A stretch of DNA of 64,000 nt from Macrostomum hystrix (taxonomy: Eukaryota > Animalia > Platyhelminthes). Of this stretch, positions 23,001-35,026 are shown piece after piece (positions within the stretch are counted from its first letter, which is position 1; every line of letters starts with the position of its first letter). The DNA lies in contig CATNEN010000039.1 in NCBI GenBank assembly GCA_950097015.1, forward strand, positions 7,874,001 through 7,938,000, given 5' to 3'. The position numbers and the translations under genes were made by a program. Under the pieces are notes generated by a model. The model ran no database searches. It saw only the letters and a list, made by a program, of their open reading frames with translations, and had not been told where the DNA came from.

Positions 23001-24750
23001 ATTATCATCATTTTATTATCAATTCTATTCCTTGACATAGGAGCCGTCAACTCTCGACAGATCAGCAGCCACTGAGTGCAGTGCCGTCAACGGAAGCCGA
23101 CGTTTTATAATTAACTCGAATTCTTCCACCTCTCGCCTTGACAGCTCGAGTGTGAGTTTTCTATCTGGAGCTAATGTCGATTTAGCTGAGACAAGAATAA
23201 CGATTAGGGGAGGTTGCTAAATTGAGTCATCGTGATGTCAAGTGGTTAGGGTTGTAGCCTAGGGCGTTGGACTCACGACTTGATAGTCGGGGGTTCGATT
23301 CCTGACTTCACTTGAAAAATTGGTGTGCTTTTGCAAGACAGATCATAAATTGGTACCAGCATTAGCTGGTAATTGAGCGTGGCTATAGCGTCCCCCCAGT
23401 CCATGGACTGAACAGCTGTACGCATCCTTCAGATGCGCCGCACAATAGCTGCGGCTGTGATTTCCGCACATCTGGCCTAAAAAGGACAGGTACAATTAAC
23501 TCTTAATATTAACTTTTATTACTGTCAGCCAATCACGCCGAAAGGAGTAAGTTTTCTTCCTAGAACGAATTTCCACCAATTCTACTTTATCTAGACTGAC
23601 TACTATCAGGAGCATGAGCAACAACCGACAACTGCATCTGATGTGGTCTCCGGCTCGCCTGTCTCCAGGCATCCACCCAGTGGCGAAGAGACGCCCTGCA
23701 GTGGGCAGCAGGACAAACGTTGCGAAGCGATGGAGGACTGCAGGAGAAATTTTTTGCAAGTGCGTGAGAAGCTTCAAAGGCACAGTGAAGTGTACACTGA
23801 TGATGAGAGTCGAGAGTCAGGGCAGATGTACACACCTCTGCCCTGCCCTGGACCGGAAACCGCTACCAATTTCAGAGTCCAGACTTGCAGGCTCCGACAC
23901 CAGCTGACTACAAGCTGCCGTTTGTGCGGGCGGACACAATTGCAGTCGGGGTGCAGAATCGAACCAGCGCTGCTCCTGTCTCCTCGGCAACAGCTGCTGC
24001 CGAAGTCGAAGGAGAACTTAGTAGAATGTCAGTTGTAGAAACGAGAACTGAGGTAGGGAACTCTGCTTTCTAGTTTATTGTATAAAATCCTCATCAAGAT
24101 TCCTAGAAATTCTCGAAAAATTTGCTACCGCAGACGATGGAAATCAACGAGCCAGTTGAAGAGCTGGTCAGCTTCACTGACGAGCACGGCAATAACGTCA
24201 CTCGGAAATTATTTCGCTGCCGCACAATTCGCCGGATCGTCACCGACACGGTGGTGGAATCGCCACTGTCTGCCTGGTACTTGGTGAGAGATGATGACCT
24301 TACTGAGGCCCTATTAATTAGTTTAGCTCATTTCATCATTTCACAGCTCAGACGATTTCAGTTACAGGGACGACCTGCATTGACAAATATACAATTTTCA
24401 TGCATAAAAAATTGTTTCGTTTTAATTTGTGTACGTTTTGAGACGTACGATGTACGATGTACAGCTAGTGAGTCAGCTGCAGCTATTGCTACTTTTTACA
24501 ATTTGGCTAAAAACTAAGATTTGTTAAACGGTAGCCCAGGCCTAATAACATGTCAGTTATGTATTTCCAAGGCAGTTGTCATTAGAAAGTCTCATTGGGT
24601 CCTTAAAGTCTTTATAAGCAAGACCATTTCCTATTGTAGTACTGCCAGGAGAACAAGGTAGACGAGGCAACGATGGCGGCAGTCATGGAGCAGCTGCGAC
24701 TGAAACGAGCCCAGGACGCCGGCCGCAACAGAGACGAAGGCTTTGTGTGA
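14075..24750 (+). CDS. Band 4.1/coracle-like FERM-domain protein, 12 exons
   Basis: Phase-consistent exons 14075-14293, 14684-15004, 19116-19223, 20164-20206, 21582-22314, 22423-22619, 22737-22927, 23041-23151, 23610-23759, 23891-24052, 24134-24283, 24640-24750. FERM motifs C.V.LLDGS, LLDLVCQFLSITERQYFGL, WLNNDKRIGKQL, FAVKFYP, ALLGSYLMQSELGD, YGLDVH, AKRLWRSAVEHHAFFR. The 3' exons are less certain. Confidence 0.85.
15025..18752. repeat. 34-bp minisatellite (GGTAGCTCACTGAAGCATCGGTGGTAAAGGTATT), ~110 copies, FERM intron 2
   Basis: Direct periodicity. Starts ~20 nt after the donor at 15005. Confidence 0.97.
19280..19820. repeat. ~23-bp minisatellite (AGATCCTTCAGGGACKACCTTCT), FERM intron 3
   Basis: Direct periodicity with degenerate edges. 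Confidence 0.9.
20438..20802. mobile_element. Probable MITE / non-autonomous DNA transposon remnant
   Basis: Imperfect inverted ends: GGGGAAAGACCACAGGGGGATTTCAA (20438-20463) and TTGAAATACCCCCATGATCTTTCTACCC (20771-20798), the latter followed by TTAA. Confidence 0.5.
23240..23495 (+). mobile_element. SINE family B copy, FERM intron
   Basis: GGTTGTAGCCTAG..GGGGTTCGATTCC head, GCAAGACA..GGTACCAGC core, CCCCAGTCCATGGACTGAACAGCTG..CTTCAGATGCGCCGC tail. Confidence 0.75.
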
Positions 24751-25157
24751 TAAAATATTATTCTGAACACTCTAGTTATCAGTATAGCAAGCAATGACTG
24801 TCAATTGTACAACGCATCTTAAACTCCAAGTTCTTGAACAGTCGAAGCTTCCATTGTGCTAACTCAAATTTTTGAAGAAAAATTACGAAATATATTTGCA
24901 TGCAATCCAAGCATTGAGAATTCAATTTTTCTTCTGTCATTAAACTACGAGCATTTGGCTTATCAAACGGCGAGGTAATACATCAATAAACAATAGTTTT
25001 ATCTTCGGGTTGCACCAGGTACGTAAGACTCTTATCTGGCGTCAGAGCGACTCAAAGTGAAGCCTATAATATAAATATTAAGAGGCTTAAAATATGAAAT
25101 ATCATAATTTTTCAGGAGGGCTTTAGCGGCTTCGGAACGTCCTGTCGTGACAGAAGA

Positions 25158-25425
25158 CCTGCAGCCGACGAGGAGGCAATCATGCCCCATTCAGCTGACT
25201 TCTGAGCACACACGCACACAGATAACATTCTTATCGACAGGCAGTGTACACTCTCACTCTGGGTTGTAGGGGCTGGCCCTCAAGGGCGTAAATTGCAGCA
25301 TGACAATCCCCCAAGCCTTCTCACCGCAGCTGCGCCCCAAATGAAAGTGAACTCGCCGCGTTATCGAGCTGAGGGACATTGGTGCGAGAGGCAAACGAGT
25401 TAAACCGCGGTCACTAACCCCCTGA
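25158..25425 (-). mobile_element. SINE family A copy, near full length
   Basis: GGGACATTGGTGCGAGAGGCAAAC head (also at 27061 and 50688) plus body matching 2968-3148 in reverse. Confidence 0.7.
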
Positions 25426-26525
25426 GGTGTAAAATGGTTTTCTGTCATTTTACGAGCTAAGCGTCTCAAGTTGGCGATTTTGCTATGCGTCAAAACTACA
25501 ACGTTTCTCATGACCTTGAAATGGAATGTTAAAATGTCATCATTGAGTCACATTCAAGCCAATACCTATTCGAGTTCGAGCCAAAGGTGACACGGTGATT
25601 CCTGATTGGCGTTGAAGCCGAGCAAGGGATAGCATTTAAAGAACGAAGTAGATGCATCGCGGAAGAACTCCTGAACGGATTCCCGAATTCGGAAGCATAG
25701 AAAAAATGTCCCACAGATATAGAGTCCATGATGAATGCTCTCTTCGTAGCTTTTCTTCTTTGCGGTCTTGTACTTTTGCTTGGCAGCATCGACCAGGTAG
25801 ACGATTATCTGATCGGAGGGGTGTCTCAGACACCCCTAATCGAAGAATGTCTAATGAGAGGATTATATGATGGTTGCGCAGTAGGCTATGCCTCCGATGA
25901 AGGCACCACCAACGCTGTAAGCCCGCTGTTCACATAACACAATCCGACTTTAATTTCACCAAACATCTTATCCTTATCCATTTCACACTTCCAATAGGCG
26001 GCTCCAGGCCTTTCCCTGGAGACCTCCGCCGCCTGTTCTGGGACAGTTCAAGCAGCCGGCCGCGAGGGTGCATCATCGCGCAAACGCACTGTCAAGCGTA
26101 TCGGCCCTAGTTTCCAGCTTCGCTGCAGCAGCTGGTACGGCGTCTGGTCGTGCTACGGTGTCGGCAAAGGTCGCCCTCGCCCAGTTGGACGTGGCTGAGG
26201 GACCCTGAATTCGAAACGATGCATAACTGAGAGAGGACTGAACATCAACGATTGTTGAAAGACACTGACAATACTGGATTTCCGATTTGAGAAGTTAATT
26301 TTGAGTGACAACACCACGTTCTTGCTTCGACATGATATTGAAATAAAAATCTACATATACTGAATAAGCACCAGTGATTCCAAAAGACAAATCGATTAAG
26401 AACTTCTGAGTTCCAAAAACTTCAGTAGTAATGTAATTTTTTTAGTAGACTATAAATAACGTATTAATACAATAAAGTTCCTTTTAATATATTTCAGAGC
26501 TACTAAAATATAATTTTCAATCTTG

Positions 26526-26594
26526 GAGGGTAAGTGGCAGAAGCGTTTGCGTCTTGCTCCAGTATCCCTGAGCTCGATTCCGCGGCGAGGCCGC
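26526..26594 (+). mobile_element. SINE family A head (A/B-box-like)
   Basis: TGGCAGAAGCG..CCCTGAGCTCGATTCCGCGGCGAGGCC. Confidence 0.6.
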
Positions 26595-27000
26595 ATTAAT
26601 TTAGAGGCGCAGCCCTTATAAAGTTAAAGGAGAATGAGAACGCTAATAAAAAAAAGAAATAAGTGCAAACGCTCCGATTTAATCGTACTGTAACTTAGAT
26701 TTCAGCACAGTTGCTGTCTTTTCTGTGTCATCCTATTATAAAACTTGCAAGTAAGATCGCTTTATCCTCAGATACTCGAATGTATTTGCAGGTATACGAG
26801 TATCTACTGCCCGCTTTTTGTAAATTTAATCAGAGTTTGGGACCATGTTTGTGATTTCTCTAATAAATTTATGTATCTCTTATGTGGCTTTTGTGGGGCT
26901 TTAAAATGTCGAATTGTATCAAAAATATAAATTAGTTTTGTTCTCTACTGCATGCCGTTCTGCATTTTGGGCATATATTCTGTTCCTTATACGGGACTTT

Positions 27001-27095
27001 AGCCCCAAGCTACGTGGCTGCGCCCCAATTTAATGTGGTCTCGCCACGGAAGCGAGCTCAGGGACCTTGGTGCGAGAGGCAAATGCCTTAAAACC
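27001..27095 (-). mobile_element. SINE family A fragment
   Basis: GAGCTCAGGGACCTTGGTGCGAGAGGCAAA, shared with the other copies. Confidence 0.6.
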
Positions 27096-27829
27096 CCCTC
27101 GAACCCAGTGGATGCAGAGCAGCCCATAGTCATTCTGTCGTCTATGGCCAGATTTGAAATCACTCTGAGCAAACCCGTGTGGCTGCAGAGCAGCCATATA
27201 ACTGGAAGCAAATGCTGCTTGCTCAGGTATGAGTCGAGGCTGTCCTATCTTTTAAAGCTATAAAACTATTAAAAACTACTTTCTTAGAGTTTCCAACTTT
27301 TTGTCCCCAGATCTCGTCATATCCTGTCTCGAAGTTTGCCTTACGTCTCTCAATTGCCTTTGAAATGCTTGCTCCTTTACAGTCCTTCATGATGTCACTG
27401 TTAATTTTCGCCATTATGCCCACTTCCATTGTGCTAACTGCCCGCAAGCCTGCTAACTTACTAAGGAGCCATATTGGGTATCCACACTACTTGCTCACTT
27501 CAATGACATAAGCATTTGCAGTTCGTTTTTTGTTCATGGGAAAGCCGAGGGGTACTTCCATTTCTGAACCGATTCAACAACTGTTTGAACTATTAGCTTG
27601 GGAGAAGCTTTCATGCCAGAAGCTTGTGGTCACTTTATGACTCTGTGCGAGTGTGTACACCCACACCCCTGCGCTCACAGTTTGAGAGTTTGTGCTCAGG
27701 ATTCAGCGGAATGGGGCAGAATTGCCTTCTCACAGCCAGTGGGCCTTACTGTCAATGAGTTTTGTGCTAGAGCCAACAGCCCTCCTGCATTTTCTCTCTC
27801 TTCTATTTAAAGGAATTCGCTCATTCGCT

Positions 27830-29425
27830 CACCCAAACACCCCAAAAGCCTACCCAGCCACCCAAAAGCCTACCCAGACACCCAAAAGCCTACCCCGACA
27901 CCCCAAAAGCCTACCCAGACACCCCAAAAGCCAACCCAGACACCCCAAAAGCCTACCCCGACACCCCAAAAGCCTACCCAGACACCCCAAAAGCCAACCC
28001 AGACACCCCAAAAGCCTACCCCGACACCCCAAAAGCCTACCCAGACACCCAAAAGCCTACCCAGACACCCAAAAGCCTACCCAGACACCCAAAAGCCTAC
28101 CCAGACACCCAAAAGCCTACCCAGACACCCAAAAGCCTACCCAGACACCCAAAAGCCTACCCAGACACCCAAAAGCCTACCCAGACACCCAAAAGCCTAC
28201 CAAGACACCCCAAAAGCCTACCCAGAGACCCCAAAAGCCTACCCCGGCACCCCAACTGCACACCCAAACACCCCAAAAGCCTACCCAGCCACCCAAAAGC
28301 CTACCCAGACACCCAAAAGCCTACCAAGACTACCCAGACTACCCAAAAGCCTACCCAGAGACCCCAGAAGCCTACCCCGACACCCCAACTGCATACCCAG
28401 ACACCACAAAAGCCTACCCAGACACCCCAAAAGCCAACCCAGACACCCCAAAAGCCTACCCCGACACCCCAAAAGCCTACCCAGACACCCCAAAAGCCAA
28501 CCCAGACACCCCAAAAGCCTACCCCGACACCCCAAAAGCCTACCCAGACACCCCAAAAGCCAATCCAGACACCCCAAAAGCCTACCCAGACACCTCAACT
28601 TCATACCCAGACACCCCAAAAGCCTACCCAGACACCCAAAAGCCTACCCAGACACCCAAAAGCCTACCCAGACACCCAAAAGCCTACCCAGACACCCAAA
28701 AGCCTACCAAGACACCCCAAAAGCCTACCCAGAGACCCCAAAAGCCTACCCCGGCACCCCAACTGCACACCCAAACACCCCAAAAGCCTACCCAGACACC
28801 CCAAAAGCCAACCCAGACACCCCAAAAGCCTACCCCGACACCCTAAAAGCCTACCCAGACACCCCAAAAGCCAATCCAGACACCCCAAAAGCCTACCCAG
28901 ACACCTCAACTTCATACCCAGACACCCCAAAAGCCTACCCAGACACCCAAAAGCCTACCCAGACACCCAAAAGCCTACCCAGACACCCAAAAGCCTACCC
29001 AGACACCCAAAAGCCTACCAAGACACCCCAAAAGCCTACCCAGAGACCCCAAAAGCCTACCCCGGCACCCCAACTGCACACCCAAACACCCCAAAAGCCT
29101 ACCCAGCCACCCAAAAGCCTACCCAGACACCCAAAAGCCTACCAAGACACCCCAAAAGCCTACCCAGAGACCCCAGAAGCCTACCCCGACACCCCAACTG
29201 CATACCCAGACACCACAAAAGCCTACCCTGACACCCCAAAAGCCAACCCAGACACCCCAAAAGCCTACCCCGACACCCCAAAAGCCTACCCAGACACCCC
29301 AAAAGCCAATCCAGACACCCCAAAAGCCTACCCAGACACCTCAACTTCATACCCAGACACCCCAAAAGCCTACCCAGACACCCCAAAAGCCTACCCAGAC
29401 ACCTCAACTGCATACCCAAGCACAC
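27830..29425. repeat. 20/21-bp minisatellite (CCCAGACACCC(C)AAAAGCCTA) with higher-order blocks, intergenic
   Basis: Direct periodicity. Variant units recur in blocks. Confidence 0.95.
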
Positions 29426-29930
29426 AAGCCGTTTACCCTGCTTACATATAAGAAGTCAAGCGGTAGAAAACGTGGTATATGAATAGAACAGTAACATAAA
29501 ATTTATTTGAAATTTTCACTTTTTTTCACTGCGGAACTCTAATGAATCATAGCACACATAAATAACTATTATATTTGAGAAATTAATGACTTTTTAAGAG
29601 ACAAACACAGAAGGGCAATTAATGAAACTTAATTAGTCGAATATTTAAAACACAAAAAATGTACTAACATAATACAAAATTACATGTATTGAAGTAAAAA
29701 ATGCTATGCTGCTAATGACACTGGACAACAACTTAAAAAACAAATTAAGCAGGTAAAGATTAAAATATGTCAAAATTCATTAGCCTACTAGAAGTAGTCG
29801 AATTTGTACAAACTTTAGTGAATATGCAAGTTGCTTTAAACAAAACAATAATTTCTATCCCAATCACAGGCAATGATCAACAATCACCATACAACAGCAA
29901 AAAAATGCCTGAAACTACTGAACAGAAGCA

Positions 29931-32701
29931 TCAGGGTCTGGGTCCTGCTGGCCGGTGAAGGATCAAGGAGCTGGCTGCGGATGTTGACGACACCAACGAA
30001 GCTATCGGCAGTCTAAACGGCGCCTGACCCTGCTGACGAGCTACTCGACGCTGCAACTGCTGCAGGCTGGCGTTGGCATCGTCGGCGGCGTCAACGGGTA
30101 GCGGCGGAGGCGGGGGTGCCGCAGCAGGTGGCCGTGATCTCTGTTGATTTTGAGTTAACGCAGCCGAGCGGCTGAGGTCCAAGTGCGGATTTTCGCGCAG
30201 CATGTCGAGCAGCAGGGAGTCCAAGGCGTCAGGATTCGGCTCGGGAATGTCTGGCTCGACTGAGCGGCCAACCATGCGCTGCCTGCTGCGACTGCTTGTT
30301 GCTGGGGCACCTGCGCCAGCAGCCTGTGGTCGCGGCGACGCTGACTGACGAAGTGGAGAGCGTTCCTTTTATTGCAGTGTATAGAATGGGATTCCCCTTA
30401 ATCTATTACAGAATGGCATTCCCTAAATATATTATAGAATGGGATTCCCCTTAATCTATTACAGAATGGCATTCCCTAAATATATTATAGAATGGGATTC
30501 CCCAAATATATTATAGAATGGGATTCCCCTTAATCTATTACAGAATGGCATTCCCTATATATATTATAGAATGGGATTCCCCAAATATATTATAGAATGG
30601 GATTCCCCTTAATCTTTTATAGAATGGGATCCCTTTAAAATATTATACAGTGGGATTCCCTTTAATGCAATTAAGAATAGGATTCACTTTTAATCTAAAA
30701 ATAAATCAGATTTCATTTAATCAAGTATGCATTTGGGGTTTTATTCAACCCTTCAAAATGGGACTACCTACAATTTATTATAAAACTGGATTCCATTCAT
30801 TAAGTATTGACTCGGAATTCCCTTTAATTTAGAATGGAATGAAATTCCCATTTAATTTCACGTTAGATTCTTGGTGGAATAGGATTTCCCTAGATACAGT
30901 AGAGATTCCCACTCAACAGTGAAGATTAGGGATTAGTTTTAAAAGTAGCATTTTTAAAGTGCATTTTTTCAGATAATCTCAACGATTATTCCAGCAAATT
31001 TACCTCGGGCGGTTCCCCTGATGGCTGCTGCTGCTGTTGCTGTCGCAGTCTGTGCTGTTCTTGATAATTTGAGAACTCCTGCTCGATGGCGCTCAATCGG
31101 CGCTCATTCTCCTCATCTGGCTGTCTCACAATGAGATCGCGCAGGCTCTCAATGGTTCGATTCAGATAGGACAGGCGGGTCTCCAGCGACCTGTTCCGCT
31201 CCTGCGCAAGCGAATAGCATTGCTGAGCATCATCTTGGGATTCGAATATTAAAAACGAGAATTTCACTGCTGGCAAAAAGCCACAAGATAGGAGAGAACA
31301 TCAAGATTATGCTTTACAACACAATTCAGTGTGCTCAGAGGTAAGTTAGTTAAAAAACTTAGATAGGATGCTATGAGATTCAAGAGTGGATGGGATGCCA
31401 GAGTGGATGGGATGCCAGAGTGGATGGGATGCCAGAGTGGATGGGATACCAGAGTGGATGGGATGCCAGAGTGGATGGGATACCAGAGTGGATGGGATGC
31501 CAGAGTGGATGGGATGCCAGAGTGGATGGGATGCCAGAGTGGATGGGATACCAGAGTGGATGGGATGCCAGAGTGGATGGGATACCAGAGTGGATGGGAT
31601 GCCAGAGTGGATGGGATTCAAGAGTGGATGGGATACCAGAGTGGATGGGATTCAAGAGTGGATGGGATACCAGAGTGGATGGGATGCCAGAGTGGATGGG
31701 ATGCCAGAGTGGATGGGATGCCAGAGTGGATGGGATACCAGAGTGGATGGGATGCCAGAGTGGATGGGATGTAAGAGTGGATGGGATTCAAGAGTGGATA
31801 GGATTCAAGAGTGGATGGGATTCAAGAGTGGATGGGATTCAAGAGTGGATGGGATACCAGAGCGGATGGGATGCCAGAGTGGATGGGATGCCAGAGTGGA
31901 TGGGATGCCAGAGTGGATGGGATGCCTGAGTGGATGGGATACCAGAGTGGATGGGATGCCAGAGTGGATGGGATGCCAGAGTGGATGGGATGCCAGAGTG
32001 GATGGGATGCCAGAGTGGATGGGATGCCAGAGTGGATGGGATGCCAGAGTGGATGGGATACCAGAGTGGATGGGATGCCAGAGTGGATGGGATGTAAGAG
32101 TGGATGGGATTCAAGAGTGGATAGGATTCAAGAGTGGATGGGATTCAAGAGTGGATGGGATTCAAGAGTGGATGGGATACCAGAGCGGATGGGATGCCAG
32201 AGTGGATGGGATGCCAGAGTGGATGGGATGCCAGAGTGGATGGGATGCCAGAGTGGATGGGATACCAGAGTGGATGGGATGCCAGAGTGGATGGGATGCC
32301 AGAGTGGATGGGATGCCAGAGTGGATGGGATGCCAGAGTGGATGGGATGCCAGAGTGGATGGGATGCCAGAGTGGATGGGATGCCAGAGTGGATGGGATG
32401 CCAGAGAGGGTTGGATACCAAAGTGGAAGTACAGTCATTTCGGGTCTAAAATCATAGCTTTTTAGTTTACAGAAGGTAGCAATATTCGACAGATCACCTG
32501 CAGCTGGTCGATCTGGTCCCGCATCCAGTCCTGACGCTCGCGGACCCGCTGTCGACTTCGCTGGACAGCTTGATTGTTGCGCCGTCGCCTCTCCTCGTAG
32601 CCCATGGTGCCCCTGTCCGGTGCTGGCTGGTTGCGTCTGGCCGGGACCTCCAGCTCGGCCGGGTCCAGGCCGAACTCGTCTTCCAGTTTTCGTTTGCGTG
32701 G
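29931..32701 (-). CDS. C/EBP-type bZIP transcription factor; no ATG at the start of the first detected exon
   Basis: Phase-0 exons 32701-32498, 31201-31004 and 30365-29931. They give PRKRK..DRGTMGYEERRRRNNQAVQRSRQRVRERQ..IDQLQ|ERNRSLETRLSYLNRTIESLRDLI, i.e. the C/EBP basic region (RRxRNNxAVxxSR) plus a leucine zipper. Confidence 0.85.
30380..30665. repeat. ~27-28-bp minisatellite (TATAGAATGGGATTCCCC...), C/EBP intron
   Basis: Alternating GGGATTCCCC / GGCATTCCC units that decay toward 30910. Confidence 0.85.
31380..32412. repeat. 17-bp minisatellite (AGAGTGGATGGGATGCC), ~60 copies, C/EBP intron
   Basis: Direct periodicity. Source of the spurious 'MGCQSGWDARVDG' ORFs. Confidence 0.97.
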
Positions 32702-35026
32702 CTGAATTATTTGTACGACAAAGTGCTTTTTAATGTCAGCTGATGATGCTGATGGTGCTTAATAGGGTTCACATAAAGACATTAGAGGGTGAGTGGGAGA
32801 GCAGTTAATTCTCTCACACCTGAGCTCGATTATGTGCTTTGGGGCTTGGGGGGAATAGGCAGAACTGCCTCCTTGTGCTGGCTGAATGTTTATTGTGACC
32901 AAATTATGTGCAATGACCCACAGCCCTACTGTATTTATTATGAACAAAATACCATTGTCAAATGGAATTGTGATTATTATGATGTGCCATATAATTTTCT
33001 CACATTTTTGGATTTTGGAACTTAACAGATAAAAAATTAGAATGGTGTAATTTTATATCAACTGAGTCTGAGTGAAAAAGTGAAGTCACATATGTTTAAT
33101 CCTCTTTTTTTCAGAAGCAGTTCAGCCAAGATATGTGTGATAATGAAAGAACATGTGTTTATCATTGAAATAAACTGGACATTTACATTGATTTTAAAAC
33201 TTTCATATTTTTACATAATTTTACATATTTAATCACATTTCAGGCCCTACAATATTCATCTCAGTACTTGCTACTTGCTGCATTGAAAAATACGATAATT
33301 AAAGTGTTGGAAGTATTAGGCCCTAACAACTTGAAGTAAAGTTTTAGGAAACTGTACATTTATATTTCTTATTTAAGGTTGTAATGCAATGCTTTGTTTT
33401 AATTTTGTGACAACAGTTTTTTGCTCAATAACAAAAATTGCATTTTGCTCACAATATTCATTCTTATGCAAATTAAGAAAGATAAATTTCTAGACTCCAG
33501 TCTATGCAAAATGAAACAGAGACTTGACTAAGGAAACCTCTGCTTTCCTGTCACTTGGAATATATGTTTGTTATCTACATTTTATTAATGTAGGCTGCTT
33601 ATTGCTAACCAATAGGAATGTTTTGGAATAGCAAATAAGAATGATCTAAAACCAAATTTGAGTCATTTCTGCATGCATCTGTATGGCAGTGTATGCAACT
33701 CTTGTGATGACAGATATTTTGAAAAAATGGATATCATAAAATGAATTATTGGGCCTCAAAATACTTTATTTTTTAGGCCTACTTTGTGTTTTGGGCAAAA
33801 ACTAGGAAAAATGAGTTCTAGGAACAAAATATTTAAATTTTGGCATAAAGTTTACAAAAATCCTGCTTTCAATAATGAGATCCAGAAAGGAAATGGTCAC
33901 AAAATAGATGACAAAAGATTCAGCTCATCATATACTTATAGCATGAGTAGGCCCCTATGATTAGTGCAAGATAACAATCACATCAGGGACAAATGTATGC
34001 GAGGAAATCTAGAAAATTGCCCTACTTATACTCAATAGACAGCATAGCAACTGTCTTAATTTATGTATTTTTCAGTATTATAGGCCTAGGCCTAACTCTT
34101 AATCAGAGCTAACTGCAGGTTGCTTAAGTAGCTTAGATAGATTGTTAAGAGATGAAAACCAAGTATAGTAGTTTTTATTGAGTGATCATAAGACCTAACT
34201 CCTAAAAAGCCTTACATAGTTAGCTCTTACTGTTGTAGAGGAGTGTAGACTTTACAGGTTCACTTGCCTTAGCAATCATTTTTCCTAAACAAATAGCCAA
34301 TGGCAATAGGTCATAATAGCTTATTTCCCAAATTAATTAAAGTAAAAATTAAATTAGGCCTATTCGCCTATATAAAGTTGTTTGCTAAACACTAGGCCTA
34401 GCTATCAGTATCAATGAAACAAACACGTGTTTATTTTGCTTTCTTAAATCACTTATTATTAGGTAATGTAGAAAAGTGGGAAATAGCTTTTTAAAGCTAG
34501 GCCTAGTAAAAGTTCTTGTCAAGAAAAGAAAAGTTTAACTTAGGTTTGCTTTATGATTTCTTGTAAATTGATATTTTGTTCCTGTATTTGTTGCATATCT
34601 TCTCTGTTTGAATTTTTTCAGTGACACAAGAATGCACACTGCGACTGGGATATAGGCATATAGCTGGCGTAAACGCAAATTTAAATTTTACGCTTCTTTG
34701 GGCTTGCCAGAGATGCATTAAAAATGCTATTAACATGAAACAATAGATATGAAATATAAAATAATAGGCCTATAGATATGAAAGATATGAAATAGATATG
34801 AAGTTAGATATGAAATAATAAATCTATAGACCTTGATGTTTTCAACCGATAGGTAGTATTGTTAAATGTTTCTTAAATTACATTTATGTGTTAGGCCTAA
34901 TTTAAACGTTAATAATAATAACATTAATATTAACTTAAAAAAAACATTTATTATAAATAAGAAAATATCTGAAAATTTAAAATATTTTTTCACCTAAGGG
35001 AGTGGTATAAAAGCAGGAATTAAAAC

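Noticed and set aside
27223-27540. Short protein-like minus-strand fragment
   Set aside because: Probably TE debris between SINEs; no diagnostic motif.
27692-28846. 384-aa Pro/Lys-rich ORF
   Set aside because: Translation of the 20/21-bp minisatellite; non-ATG start inside a SINE tail; phase drifts with unit length.
31386-32465. 359-aa repetitive ORF and overlapping ORFs
   Set aside because: Artefact of a stop-poor 17-bp repeat antisense to the C/EBP intron.
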